Of a DNA stretch of 64,000 bases, positions 10,001-20,326 are shown in pieces (position 1 is the stretch's first letter; the number at the start of each line of letters is the position of its first letter). The stretch comes from a virus. Lineage: Duplodnaviria > Caudoviricetes. The notes under the pieces are model-generated. The model did no database searches. It saw only the letters and a program-made list of their open reading frames with translations, and was not told the DNA's origin. The stretch covers positions 1 through 64,000 of the IMG/VR virus record IMGVR_UViG_3300025191_000001; one strand, 5' to 3'. The position numbers and the translations under genes were made by a program.

Positions 10001-11446
10001 ATGTCCTTAACTGAAAAGGGTTTTAACGCAAGACGTTTCACTGATATTAGGTCAGAGATGTTTGATGAGATGGTGAGTAATCTTGCTATTGAATTAGATA
10101 CTTCTCCTAATCAAGTGTTAAGTATTATAACAAATATATTCGCATCCTCTGTGACAGATATAGAGGAACTGGCACAAGCTGTAGCAGATAACTTTAACAT
10201 AGACAAAGCTGAGGGGAAATATTTAGATGACCTTGTAGCTATTGTTAAACTGAGACGTTTAGGGGATAGCTTTACAACAGGGGTTATTCATGTAGAGAGT
10301 AACGCTACAAGCTCCTCTATCCCGTCAGGAACGACTTTCTCTGATACGCAAGGTAATGAGTACACTAATAGTATTGCATCTTCTGTGAGCAATCTAGAGG
10401 CCACTAAGGTTACTGTACAGCCCATTGGTACAAGTGGTATATTCTCTGTTGTAGTTGATGGAGTCACTTATAGTGTCACTTATCAGAACACCACTACACC
10501 ACAAGCTATCGTAGTTGCCTTGTACAATGAAATACTTTCTACAGCACCTACTAAGTTTACTCTAGGTTTCCCATCAAACACTGAACTCCTAATCGAATTA
10601 AACGATAAGTCTAATACGATGTCAGTAGTGCCTAATGCCAATATGCAAGTTACTTCTGTAGAAGTTCCTGTGGTAGTGACAGCTAATGAGGTAGGGGTTA
10701 TTGACCCAGAGATAGGTACGCTTAATAGCATCACATCTAATGTAGCTGGTGTTACCTCCGTAACAAACTATTTCAATCTATCTGTTGGAAGGGAACGTGA
10801 GACAGACGAGGAACTGAGAGTCAGGCAACAAGGTAGTACACAGATTGCTGGTAGTGCTACAGCACCTGCTATGTTTGCTAAACTATCTAATATCACTGGT
10901 GTATCTCAAGTTAGAGTATTTGAGAATAAGAGTGGTACTACTAATACAGGGGGTCTTCCTTACAAGAGCTTTGAGTGTATTGTACAAGGTGGGGATGAAC
11001 AAACTATAGGGGATACAATATACAACACTATGCCTTTAGGTGTAGAAACGTATGGGGACATTACTACCATAGTTAAGGACTACGCTGGTAACAATGAAGC
11101 AGTTAAATGGTCAAGACCTAGCCTACGTTATATCAATGTCCTAGTTACCTTTGACGCTTATGACGAAGAGACATTTCCTGACGATGGTGTACAAACTATT
11201 AAAGATACTGTTGTTGAGGTAGGAGAGGCTCTTACTCTGGATGAGGATGTTATTCCACAACGTTTCTTAGGGCATATCTACAATGCTGTAACAGGTATTG
11301 CTGAAATGACTGTGGAGGTAGGTACAAGTATTAACCCTGCGTCTCCTACTCCAGACGAGGTTCAATACTCAACAGACCGTATAGCAATAGATGGTAGAAC
11401 TAAGGCAGACTTCGACTTAGTAAGGGTACAGGTTGTACAACAATGA
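10001..11446 (+). CDS. Baseplate J-like wedge protein
   Basis: AEGKYLD, GRERETDEELRVR, ECIVQGG motifs. Confidence 0.88.
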   Translation: MSLTEKGFNARRFTDIRSEMFDEMVSNLAIELDTSPNQVLSIITNIFASSVTDIEELAQAVADNFNIDKAEGKYLDDLVAIVKLRRLGDSFTTGVIHVESNATSSSIPSGTTFSDTQGNEYTNSIASSVSNLEATKVTVQPIGTSGIFSVVVDGVTYSVTYQNTTTPQAIVVALYNEILSTAPTKFTLGFPSNTELLIELNDKSNTMSVVPNANMQVTSVEVPVVVTANEVGVIDPEIGTLNSITSNVAGVTSVTNYFNLSVGRERETDEELRVRQQGSTQIAGSATAPAMFAKLSNITGVSQVRVFENKSGTTNTGGLPYKSFECIVQGGDEQTIGDTIYNTMPLGVETYGDITTIVKDYAGNNEAVKWSRPSLRYINVLVTFDAYDEETFPDDGVQTIKDTVVEVGEALTLDEDVIPQRFLGHIYNAVTGIAEMTVEVGTSINPASPTPDEVQYSTDRIAIDGRTKADFDLVRVQVVQQ

Positions 11447-12126
11447 TCCCTTTAATTAAAGACCATGAACAACAGGCATACGATAGGTTATTAGAACAAT
11501 TCAAAGATAAACCTAACGTAATGGCTCTACTCAAAGGTTGGATGAAAGGAGTACAAACTACTGAGGATTCTTTATTTGATTTACTTAATAATAGGTCTAT
11601 ACAAACTGCCATTGGTGTTCAGTTAGATAACATAGGTAAGTTAGTAGGAGCTAAACGTAAAGGTAGGTCAGATGAATCTTATAGAGAGTTCATTCAGCTA
11701 CAAATATTAATCAATAACTCTGAGGGTACTCCTAGTGACATATTGGAGATACTCTCTTTGATCACTAATGCAGATATAGTTAAGAGTTTTCCTCACTACC
11801 CTGTAGGAGGGAATCTCTACACAAATGGTGATACTATACCATCTAACTTAGCTTCCACTCTCACACAAGCTGCTCCGATCTCACATGGAGAAATACATAT
11901 TTATCATGACCCTGATAACAATGCATGGATACCTTCTGAGTTAACAAGGACTACAGGTATCTTAGTAGACAATAACGGTAATGAGATTGTAGATAACAAC
12001 GGAAACAATATTATAGTAGGTGGACTAGTTGCTGAGGTTTCAGATAATTCTTGGAGAGGAGTATTACCTGAACTAGATGGGTCTGTTACAGAGTATGGCG
12101 TTCCCTGCGAAGTATACACAAAATAA
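11443..12126 (+). CDS. Baseplate wedge protein (DUF2612-like)
   Basis: TAIGVQLDNIGKLVG, DESYR motifs; follows baseplate J. Confidence 0.8.
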   Translation: MIPLIKDHEQQAYDRLLEQFKDKPNVMALLKGWMKGVQTTEDSLFDLLNNRSIQTAIGVQLDNIGKLVGAKRKGRSDESYREFIQLQILINNSEGTPSDILEILSLITNADIVKSFPHYPVGGNLYTNGDTIPSNLASTLTQAAPISHGEIHIYHDPDNNAWIPSELTRTTGILVDNNGNEIVDNNGNNIIVGGLVAEVSDNSWRGVLPELDGSVTEYGVPCEVYTK

Positions 12127-12138
12127 TAGGAATAATCA

Positions 12139-12846
12139 ATGGCGATTAATACTGATGATATTAAATGGGCAGATTTTTCTGTCAACGACCCCGTAACAGG
12201 CGCACCTAATAAAGTGCAACCTAAAGCAGAATTTCAAAATGATGGTCTTAAAAGAGGGGAGACTCCTCCAAGGGCATACTTAAACTACCAGTTTAACCAA
12301 TACCATAGTATGTTTGCTGACCTTCAACAACAGATCGATGACCTAGTGTTAACTGATGTAGGTGGGGCGGTATTACAACAGATTTACCATGTTGGTGCAT
12401 ACTACATGAGTGATAGTTCTCAAAGCCCTGCCACACGATTTGGCTTTGGTACATGGGAACGTGTAAGAGGTAAGTTCATTGTAGGTATGGATGAAGGAGA
12501 TTCTGACTTCAATGCTGCTGGTAAAACTGGTGGTAACAAAACTCACTCGCATACAAACAATATCACTATTAACAGTGCGGGAAACCATGCTCACGAGGTT
12601 AGTAATGAGAATTGGGGTAGTGTACAAGAGTCAGGAGGTTTCCCAGAACCATCTGACACAGGTAAGTTAGTAACTGGGTCAGGTAAAACTGAAATATCAG
12701 AGAAGCTAGAGAGTTTAGCACATTCTTCTGGTAGCCAAACAACATCTTCTAGCGGTAATCACACGCACACCACCTCTGGTGGGATTAACGCCTCTAGTAA
12801 CATACCACCGTACACCTCAACTTATATTTGGAAAAGGGTTTCTTAA
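12139..12846 (+). CDS. Baseplate/short tail-fibre protein
   Basis: YLNYQFN; IYHVGAYYMS...P...FGFGTWER..GKFIVG; HxH repeats; YIWKRV C-terminus. Confidence 0.75.
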   Translation: MAINTDDIKWADFSVNDPVTGAPNKVQPKAEFQNDGLKRGETPPRAYLNYQFNQYHSMFADLQQQIDDLVLTDVGGAVLQQIYHVGAYYMSDSSQSPATRFGFGTWERVRGKFIVGMDEGDSDFNAAGKTGGNKTHSHTNNITINSAGNHAHEVSNENWGSVQESGGFPEPSDTGKLVTGSGKTEISEKLESLAHSSGSQTTSSSGNHTHTTSGGINASSNIPPYTSTYIWKRVS

Positions 12847-12896
12847 CACCTTCTGTCATCTCAGGGGGAAATCCCCTCAATATTTAAGGATACATA

Positions 12897-15800
12897 ATGG
12901 CACAATTTGAGATTACAGACTTTCCTGAAATAGCTACTTTGACAGATGAAGAAAACTTTGTCTTCTATGTTAAGAGAGTTACGGATGGACAAGATTATAA
13001 GATTAAGTTAGGTAACTTTCAAGGGTTAATTCTTGATACTGTGTCTACTCAAGGTGAAGACTTTATACAACAGATAGTAGACCAACTACTCCCTGATATA
13101 GAGTCTTCTTTTGAGCAAGATTTAGAGGATCAAGTAGCGGAAGCGATGTTGTCTGGGAAAGTTCAAAAGGAAATTGAACTACGTTTTAGAGAGCTATTAG
13201 GCGAAGACTTTGAGAACCCCTACACAACTATTGTTGCTGAAGTTAACAGTGTCCTAGACAATGCCCGTACTAACAAGAAATTTGCTAAAGAGATTACTCT
13301 TGTTAACAACACTTTAGATGTTGTTAATAACGAGAAGCTCCCTGCATTACAATCTGAGTTGGATAATCTTAACAACAATATCCTTCCAGCAGTCAATGCT
13401 ACAATAGCTCAAGTTGAGGCTGACTTAGCTACTCTTAATGAGGTAGACTTACCTGAGTTAGACACCTCACTAGACGCTCTCAATGACTCTCTGACGACAT
13501 TAAATGACGTAACCTTACCTACCCTAGAGGATAGATTAGAACAGGCTGAGATCGAGTTACAGAACCTCAATGCAGTAGACTTAACAGTACTACAGAATGA
13601 ACTAGACCAAATTAATGTAGATCTAGCAACCCTGAATGATACAACACTACCTGCCATAGAAGCCTCTGTACAGTCCGTACAAGACGATTTAGACAATCTT
13701 GACCTAACTGGGTTACAGAATGATTTAGACGCAGCACAGGTCGATATAGAAGCTCTCAACAACACTATTATCCCTAATATTAATACTAGGTTAGACTCAG
13801 CAGAGAACGAGGTAGATAATCTCAATAACACTGTCATACCTAATGTTAACTCTACATTGCAAGGGGTTCAAGAGGATTTAGCTACATTAGAGTCCACTAC
13901 AGAGGAAGTTAACGAGGGGATATACATAGTACAAGATGTTAATGCCCTTATTAATAATACGATAGCAGAGATAAAGGCTGCTAAAGGTATTAATCAAGTT
14001 AACAGTTTATTCCCTATCCAATCTACCTCTATTTCTGACGATGCTATAACCACCCCCTTACTAGCAGCGAATAGTATTGTAGGTAGTAAGATTGCAGCCT
14101 TTGCCATCACAGGTGAGAAGATACAAGGTAACACTATCACAGGTGATAAACTTATAACCAATAGTATTTCTGCTAGAGAGATAGCTGCACTAAGTATCAC
14201 AGGGGAGTTGATACAGGGTAATACAATACTAGGTAACAAACTTGTAGCTAACACTATCACCTCTGACCAAATAGCTGCTGAAACTATCACTGCTGACGAG
14301 CTAGACGCTAACAGTGTTACTGCTGCTAAGATTGTCTCTGGCGCTATTACTACAGATAAGATGACAGTTAACACGATTAATGGTGACAGAATTGCCACTA
14401 ATACATTAGACGCTTCTAAGATTGTTGCTGAGAGTATATCGGCTAGGGAGATTGAAGCTCTATCTATCACAGGTGCTCTAATACAAGGTGATACAATTTC
14501 AGGAGATAAACTTATAGTTAACTCTATCTCTGGGGACAGAATCACTACTAACACTCTTAACGGTAATAAGATTATCGCAGGGACTATTAGTGCTGACAGG
14601 ATTGTTTCTAATAGTATTACCTCTGGCGAACTTGCTGCAAATAGTGTCACTGCTAGTGAGATTAAAGCAGGTAGTGTATCTACTGACAAGATGGTAGCTA
14701 ATAGTATTGACGGTGATAGGATTACTACTAATACATTAAATGGTAATAAGATTACTGCCAGAACTATCAACGCAGACAAACTTACGGCTAACACAATCAC
14801 TGGTAACGAGATTGCAGGTTTAACAATAACAGGTAATCTTATACAAGGTAATACAATCACTGGTGATAAGATTGTTGTTAATAGTGTTAATGCAGATAGG
14901 ATTGTTTCTAATACTATCACTTCTAACCAAATAGCTGCTAACACAATTGTAGGTGGTAATATCCTTGGTAACACTATCACTGGTGATAAGATTAAGGCCA
15001 ACAGTATTGATGCTGGTCTTATACAAGCAGACGCTATAGAGACAGACGCTATTAAGGCTCGTGCTATCATAGGGGAGAAATTAGCCTTTGATACTATCAC
15101 AGGGGACTTGATAGCAGGTAACACTATCACAGGGAGTAATATATTAGCAGACAGCTTAACCTCTAGGGAGATACTAGCAGGGTCTATCACAGCGAATGAG
15201 TTAAGTGCTACGGCTATAGATGGTAAAATTATCACAGGGTCTCTTCTAAGAACGTCTGGTGCTACTAACATACCTCGTGTTGTTGTAGGGGGGGATTACT
15301 TGGATGAGCAGGGTAATACAGTTACAGCAGAATTTCCCTTGTGGTATGGTACAGGTGAGGTCTCTACAGCGAATATGGTGTTTGGGTTACTCTCTGATGG
15401 AACAGCTTATGCACAGAACCTTGTTATAGAGGATAACTCTGTGTTTAAGGGGACTCTTACAGGTGCTAGTGGTACGTTTGGTACAATCACCTCTGGTAAT
15501 ATACAAGGCACTACTCTAAGTAGTAACACTATATCAGGTAATACCATTACAGGGGGTACTATATCAGGGACGACTATTACAGGTACTAATATTAATGGTA
15601 ACACTATCACAGGTGGCTCTATATCAGGTACTACTGTTACAGGGGGTTTGCTTAGAACAGCATCCTCTGGTTATAGAACAGAACTTGACGATGGTACATA
15701 CATGATATGGTCAGGTACTGGGAGTAAGACAGACGCTAATGGTATATTCTGGGTTAAGAAGAATGGTACAGGGTTTATTAAAGGTGACTTCTTTCAAGGG

Positions 15801-16202
15801 CAGATTATTGAAAGTAAGTATGACACAGGTGGTACGACTGGCAATAACATGTCAGCAAGTGTCACTCACAACTCTGCTGGCTTCCCTGTAGAGTTAAGCC
15901 CTAGTGCTAATATATATTTCGAAGTAGGTGGTAACACAGAGGTTAATGTATTGGACGTAAGTGTAACAGTGAAAAGAGGTACTACCACACTACTAAGTAG
16001 GGGCGTCCCTGTAAGAGGCATATTTTTTGTAGGGAAGACGGTGTACAACTACAGTCAAGTGTTCAACTATATAGATGATATAACTTCTACAGGTGATCGT
16101 AACTATAGTGTGCAAGTGTCTTGGACAGGCTCACCTAGTGGTACTTACTCTAATATAGATAACACTTGTTCTATGAAAACCTTCGAAAACAAAATAGCAT
16201 AA
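12897..16202 (+). CDS. Long tail fibre/spike (1101 aa) with coiled-coil stalk and 10-residue repeat region
   Basis: LxxLNxxxLP coiled-coil repeats, then dozens of ITxDKIxxNT-type decapeptides, then a beta-rich C-terminal domain. Confidence 0.75.
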   Translation: MAQFEITDFPEIATLTDEENFVFYVKRVTDGQDYKIKLGNFQGLILDTVSTQGEDFIQQIVDQLLPDIESSFEQDLEDQVAEAMLSGKVQKEIELRFRELLGEDFENPYTTIVAEVNSVLDNARTNKKFAKEITLVNNTLDVVNNEKLPALQSELDNLNNNILPAVNATIAQVEADLATLNEVDLPELDTSLDALNDSLTTLNDVTLPTLEDRLEQAEIELQNLNAVDLTVLQNELDQINVDLATLNDTTLPAIEASVQSVQDDLDNLDLTGLQNDLDAAQVDIEALNNTIIPNINTRLDSAENEVDNLNNTVIPNVNSTLQGVQEDLATLESTTEEVNEGIYIVQDVNALINNTIAEIKAAKGINQVNSLFPIQSTSISDDAITTPLLAANSIVGSKIAAFAITGEKIQGNTITGDKLITNSISAREIAALSITGELIQGNTILGNKLVANTITSDQIAAETITADELDANSVTAAKIVSGAITTDKMTVNTINGDRIATNTLDASKIVAESISAREIEALSITGALIQGDTISGDKLIVNSISGDRITTNTLNGNKIIAGTISADRIVSNSITSGELAANSVTASEIKAGSVSTDKMVANSIDGDRITTNTLNGNKITARTINADKLTANTITGNEIAGLTITGNLIQGNTITGDKIVVNSVNADRIVSNTITSNQIAANTIVGGNILGNTITGDKIKANSIDAGLIQADAIETDAIKARAIIGEKLAFDTITGDLIAGNTITGSNILADSLTSREILAGSITANELSATAIDGKIITGSLLRTSGATNIPRVVVGGDYLDEQGNTVTAEFPLWYGTGEVSTANMVFGLLSDGTAYAQNLVIEDNSVFKGTLTGASGTFGTITSGNIQGTTLSSNTISGNTITGGTISGTTITGTNINGNTITGGSISGTTVTGGLLRTASSGYRTELDDGTYMIWSGTGSKTDANGIFWVKKNGTGFIKGDFFQGQIIESKYDTGGTTGNNMSASVTHNSAGFPVELSPSANIYFEVGGNTEVNVLDVSVTVKRGTTTLLSRGVPVRGIFFVGKTVYNYSQVFNYIDDITSTGDRNYSVQVSWTGSPSGTYSNIDNTCSMKTFENKIA

Positions 16203-16212
16203 GAGACTTATT

Positions 16213-16533
16213 ATGATTAAAAAACTATTGGGGGTGTCATTGTTATCAGTAGCACTCTTGACAGGGTGCGGTAATCCAGACCCTAAAATAAAAGAAGACT
16301 TCGACTTCACTGACAAAGAACTTAAAGTGACAGTTACTACATATGACTCTTACGAAGCACTAAATGATAATGTTCGTATTCCCGCAGAGGGTTTACAAGG
16401 ACAAGCTCATTTGTCAGGGGATGTGTGTGATATAAAACTTTACAAACCAAAATCTGTCAGAGTGGATGACGAATTTACTCTTACACTAGGGCATGAACTT
16501 ATGCACTGTCTCTATGGTAACTACCATAAATAA
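16213..16533 (+). CDS. Lipoprotein with HExxH motif (possible receptor-blocking/superinfection exclusion protein)
   Basis: Lipobox LLTG-C; GHELMHC near C-terminus; adjacent to the fibre gene. Confidence 0.6.
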   Translation: MIKKLLGVSLLSVALLTGCGNPDPKIKEDFDFTDKELKVTVTTYDSYEALNDNVRIPAEGLQGQAHLSGDVCDIKLYKPKSVRVDDEFTLTLGHELMHCLYGNYHK

Positions 16534-16551
16534 CAAATTTAGGAAATAATA

Positions 16552-17670
16552 ATGGCTGTAAATCCAGTACAATTTTTAGTTGCTTCAAATGCAAGCATAA
16601 CAGATGGGTCTAAGGTAGTCAATATCTCAGGCAATGTAGACTGTAGTAGGGTGTTCTCTGGCACAGCGGTGTTCCTTGGTGGGGCTGATAACCCTACTGA
16701 GGCTGTCTCTGGTACAAGTCCAGATGGAAATGGTAACTCTACAATCACTTTACGTAATAATTGGTCTCAAGGGGATGTAGTTAATCAGCAGATGGTTACA
16801 TTCAATACGAATGAGGGGCTTGCTGAGGCTATCTCTAATGTGAGGGAGATTGTTAGTAATGTCTCCGCTATAGAGGATTTAGCTACACAAGGTCTTATCA
16901 AAAGGATTGATGATAACACGTATGAAGTGGTGAATATCTCTACTATAGGGGAATCTCTTATTACAGCTAATGACGCTTCTAGTCAAAGGAGTGTGATAGG
17001 GTTGGGTAACGCTGCTACGAAGGATGTAGGTACTGCCGCAGGTAACGTGATGGAGGTGGGTGCTTTCGGAGTAGGGAGCGTCACCCTCTCAACTCAGTTG
17101 GATTTAGACGCTGGTGACTACATTGAAGCAGGGATGACAATAGTTTCCGCACCTGTTGCCGATTTGGTAAATGGGCCTGTTGATAGTGCAGGGTCTTCAC
17201 GTTATATTGTGAGCTTTGCTGGTAATTTAGGTACGGGCGTTCAAACAGTAACGAATAGGGTTAGCGGTAAAAGTTGGTTTCGTGTGTTTTCTAGCGGGGT
17301 CATACTAACAGACTGGCAAGAACTCTACCACAGCGGTAACACTAACTTTAATGAGTTTGGTGGGTTAGCAGTAGGAGATGAAATATCGCTAGGTGTAGCC
17401 TTATCTAGCACAGTTATACGCTTCCCTTTATATGTAAACAGCCGCGCTTCGCCAACATCAATAACAGTAGTGGGGACTTTTGAAGTCAAGAATGCGCAAA
17501 GTGTAACCGAAACATCTGGTTTAACTGCATCCGACGTTAACTTAATAGGAATATCTACCTCTCGTGTGGCTTGGGTTGATGTGGAGGACACATTAGCATC
17601 ATATACTCCGCGTGAAATGTATAGATTTAAAACCGAGTCTTCGACATCAAAAATTACGGTGAATTTCTAA
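16552..17670 (+). CDS. Second tail fibre protein
   Basis: LGNAATKDVGTAAGNVMEVGAFG motif and WQELYHSGN knob motif. Confidence 0.8.
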   Translation: MAVNPVQFLVASNASITDGSKVVNISGNVDCSRVFSGTAVFLGGADNPTEAVSGTSPDGNGNSTITLRNNWSQGDVVNQQMVTFNTNEGLAEAISNVREIVSNVSAIEDLATQGLIKRIDDNTYEVVNISTIGESLITANDASSQRSVIGLGNAATKDVGTAAGNVMEVGAFGVGSVTLSTQLDLDAGDYIEAGMTIVSAPVADLVNGPVDSAGSSRYIVSFAGNLGTGVQTVTNRVSGKSWFRVFSSGVILTDWQELYHSGNTNFNEFGGLAVGDEISLGVALSSTVIRFPLYVNSRASPTSITVVGTFEVKNAQSVTETSGLTASDVNLIGISTSRVAWVDVEDTLASYTPREMYRFKTESSTSKITVNF

Positions 17671-18254
17671 TGCTAAAATTTATAAACGAAAACGACTTTC
17701 TATTAGTCGATACATACAAAGAAAATGAAGATGGATCTGTGTCATGGGTATATGACGAAGGTGAAGGTCTTCCTACACACTCTGGTGTTATTAGAGAAGG
17801 CTTCAAAAGGTTCACTCAATATCAAGATGGCTCTGACAAGGAAATAGACGTATGGGCTAAGTTATGGGAACTCCATAACGATGAGCAAGTCTCTATCAAT
17901 GTTCTTCCTGTAGACATACAACTTCTAAAAGACAATGCTAAACAAGTGGTAAACTCTCAAAGAGATTCTCTCATTAACAGCGGAGTCTCTTTTAATGGAC
18001 ACACATTCCAAACAGATGCCACCTCTATCATGGATATGATGGGAGCAATCCTGGCAGGGATAGACACTACATGGCTCACTGCTGATAATCAACAAGTTCC
18101 TATGACTAATGCAGATATGATGGCTCTAGGAGGCGCTGTAGCTGCCTACAAGGAGAGTTTAGTCTTTAATGCTAGGGTACATAAGGATAACATTGAAAGT
18201 CTTCTTACAAAGGCTGACATTGACGATTATATAGCTACAATGTCTTGGGAGTAA
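17670..18254 (+). CDS. Tail fibre-associated protein (DUF4376-like)
   Basis: FNGHTFQTD..S, WLTADNQQVPMT motifs. Confidence 0.7.
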   Translation: MLKFINENDFLLVDTYKENEDGSVSWVYDEGEGLPTHSGVIREGFKRFTQYQDGSDKEIDVWAKLWELHNDEQVSINVLPVDIQLLKDNAKQVVNSQRDSLINSGVSFNGHTFQTDATSIMDMMGAILAGIDTTWLTADNQQVPMTNADMMALGGAVAAYKESLVFNARVHKDNIESLLTKADIDDYIATMSWE

Positions 18255-18258
18255 CTCT

Positions 18259-18669
18259 ATGAAGATTATTCTAGGAACAAGTAATAACATAGTAAGTCTA
18301 GCTATTAGACTCCACAACTTCAGCAAGTGGTCTCATTGCGGAGTTATTATTAATAACAAAGTTATCGAGGCAACGACAGGACATGGGGTAGTTGAGTCTA
18401 CCCTAGAGTCTTTTAAAGAGCGATACCCTAAATGGGAAATTATAGAAGTACCTCATAAAGGAGACTACCAAAAAAGGTTATATGACCAAGTTGGTAAATC
18501 TTATGATTGGGGTGCTATCTTTAAATTTGTATTTAGAGGAGATTGGTCTGATACAGACAAGTGGTTCTGTTATGAGTTAGCCGCTCATGCAAGTGGTGTG
18601 TTGAATAGTAAATATTTAGATAGGGTGACAGCTACTCACCTGTTAATGATAAGCGAGGAAGAAACGTAA
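18259..18669 (+). CDS. Permuted NlpC/P60 (YiiX/YebB-like) papain-like enzyme
   Basis: WSHCGV, VIEA, GKSYD, WFCYEL: His precedes the catalytic Cys. Confidence 0.8.
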   Translation: MKIILGTSNNIVSLAIRLHNFSKWSHCGVIINNKVIEATTGHGVVESTLESFKERYPKWEIIEVPHKGDYQKRLYDQVGKSYDWGAIFKFVFRGDWSDTDKWFCYELAAHASGVLNSKYLDRVTATHLLMISEEET

Positions 18670-19043
18670 TGGCATTATCCCCTGAGTTAGTCTCAGCCAT
18701 ATCAGCAGCTATTGCCACAGGGAGTGGCGTAGGTAATGCTTGGTTTTGGTATGACAAGAAGAGAGGTGATAAAACCTCCGATGACTTACATAGGAAATTT
18801 GAAGCTTTAGATAAACTAGTAGACCAACTAGCTAGGCAACAAGTAGAACATGATAATAAGTTTATTACAGAAGAACAGACTAGGAAACTCCTACAAGAAT
18901 ACTTTGCAGAGTTAAAACAATCTTGGTCAGACACTAACGCTGATGTTAAAGACATTAAGAATAGTCTTACAGAACTTACGATGCAACTACGTGTAATGAA
19001 TGCTGTCATGGACATTGAAAAAGAACTTACTAAAAGAGAGTAA
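18669..19043 (+). CDS. Membrane-anchored coiled-coil protein (holin/antiholin-like)
   Basis: One N-terminal hydrophobic segment then coiled coil; start of the lysis cassette. Confidence 0.5.
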   Translation: MALSPELVSAISAAIATGSGVGNAWFWYDKKRGDKTSDDLHRKFEALDKLVDQLARQQVEHDNKFITEEQTRKLLQEYFAELKQSWSDTNADVKDIKNSLTELTMQLRVMNAVMDIEKELTKRE

Positions 19044-19045
19044 CT

Positions 19046-19489
19046 ATGAAAGCGTTCATTATAGATGACGACCCTATCACACTCACTTTAGTAGCTTTCA
19101 TGTTAAACGAGTCGGGGATAGAGACATACTACTCCTTGTCTCCTATTGAAGAAAGCTTCTATAAAGATATTATAGAATTTAAACCAGATGTAATTGTATT
19201 GGATGTATACCTCAAAGGTGAGAGTGGTTTTGATATAGCAAGGAAACTAAGGGCAATGCCTAACTTAGACTACACTCCTATTGTTGCTATATCGGGTTCA
19301 CACACTTTATCCGATAGAGTAGAGGCATACACCACAGGATTTATCGAATACATAGAGAAGCCTTTCACTAAAGATGAAATCCTTAACGTAGTTAAGAAGT
19401 ATGGACACTCTAGTGAAATACTTAAACTCTGTAAGCGAATAGAAAATAGAGAGACATTAGACCATGAATTATATCATAAGTTTGATTAA
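19046..19489 (+). CDS. Single-domain response regulator (CheY-like receiver)
   Basis: D7-D8-D9 acidic pocket, phospho-acceptor D53 (VIVLDVYL), S83, Y102, K105-P106-F107. Confidence 0.92.
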   Translation: MKAFIIDDDPITLTLVAFMLNESGIETYYSLSPIEESFYKDIIEFKPDVIVLDVYLKGESGFDIARKLRAMPNLDYTPIVAISGSHTLSDRVEAYTTGFIEYIEKPFTKDEILNVVKKYGHSSEILKLCKRIENRETLDHELYHKFD

Positions 19490-19874
19490 GAATAGGAAAC
19501 TTGTTATAGGGATTGGTGTTACGTTGTTTATAGGGGTTGGTTCTTATTTATCTTGGAACAAGATAGAGGAGGGAATCTACAAGGAAGGTTATAACGATGC
19601 AGTACAAGAGTACCGCGTTAAACTACAACAAGCACAATCTCAATATAATAAAGACTTAGAGGGTAAACTCTTAGAACAGAGACTTATTCTCAAGCAAAGA
19701 CACGATAATGAGATTATCCGTATAAAAGAAGAATCCGTAGTAGATAAAGAGGTTCAGACAGTTACAGAATACATAGAGGAAAAGATTTATGTTAAAGAAG
19801 AGTGTGATATTGTTCCTCCTGGTCTTAACAGGATGTTCAACAACTCCATCGACTCCATTAACGGAGATAAATAA
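19464..19874 (+). CDS. i-spanin (Rz-like)
   Basis: N-terminal TM, coiled coil, C-terminal Cys; overlapped by a lipoprotein gene. Confidence 0.8.
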   Translation: MNYIISLIKNRKLVIGIGVTLFIGVGSYLSWNKIEEGIYKEGYNDAVQEYRVKLQQAQSQYNKDLEGKLLEQRLILKQRHDNEIIRIKEESVVDKEVQTVTEYIEEKIYVKEECDIVPPGLNRMFNNSIDSINGDK

Positions 19875-20079
19875 GGTAGACGAGAAGCTCCTAGAAGCCA
19901 CTGTAAGCCCATCTTTGTTAGTACCCTGTAGGGTAGCCTACCCTTTAAAGAGATATGCTGTTGATGGCTCTCTCAGAGCGTTCTATGAGGTATCTATATA
20001 CAATCTAGGGCAGGTTAATAAATGCTACAATAAAGATGAAGCTCTAATAAAGGAAGTGAAAGAAGATGAACAAGATTAG
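19789..20079 (+). CDS. o-spanin (Rz1-like lipoprotein)
   Basis: Lipobox VLTG-C; LLVPC...C pattern; overlaps i-spanin 3' end in another frame. Confidence 0.8.
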   Translation: MLKKSVILFLLVLTGCSTTPSTPLTEINKVDEKLLEATVSPSLLVPCRVAYPLKRYAVDGSLRAFYEVSIYNLGQVNKCYNKDEALIKEVKEDEQD

Positions 20080-20326
20080 GCAATTCTTTACACATGAGTC
20101 TCTTAGAGAGTTAGCCACTACATTGAATGCTTTCTGTATTATAGAGATAGTTGTTATAGGGTTCTTCTCTTGGCAAGCTTATGACTTACTACAGTGGTAT
20201 AAAGAGATCACTACCCCTGAGACATTCTCCCCTACAGCGTTCTGGGCTGCCATTAGTGGTATTGTTGCAGCGGTGTTTAGTGCATTGAAATATATAAACC
20301 ATACGTATGAGGCAAGGAAGTCATGA
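20066..20326 (+). CDS. Putative holin (2 TM)
   Basis: 86 aa, two hydrophobic helices, charged C-terminus; within the lysis cassette. Confidence 0.6.
   Translation: MNKIRQFFTHESLRELATTLNAFCIIEIVVIGFFSWQAYDLLQWYKEITTPETFSPTAFWAAISGIVAAVFSALKYINHTYEARKS

Noticed and set aside
13994-15271. 425-aa antisense ORF (and 13409-13837) opposite the long fibre gene
   Set aside because: Shadow frame produced by repetitive codon usage; no RBS and low-complexity Ile/Val/Leu sequence
18669-19043. Histidine kinase/HPt partner for the receiver domain
   Set aside because: No H-box consensus or HATPase domain; only isolated His residues in a coiled coil
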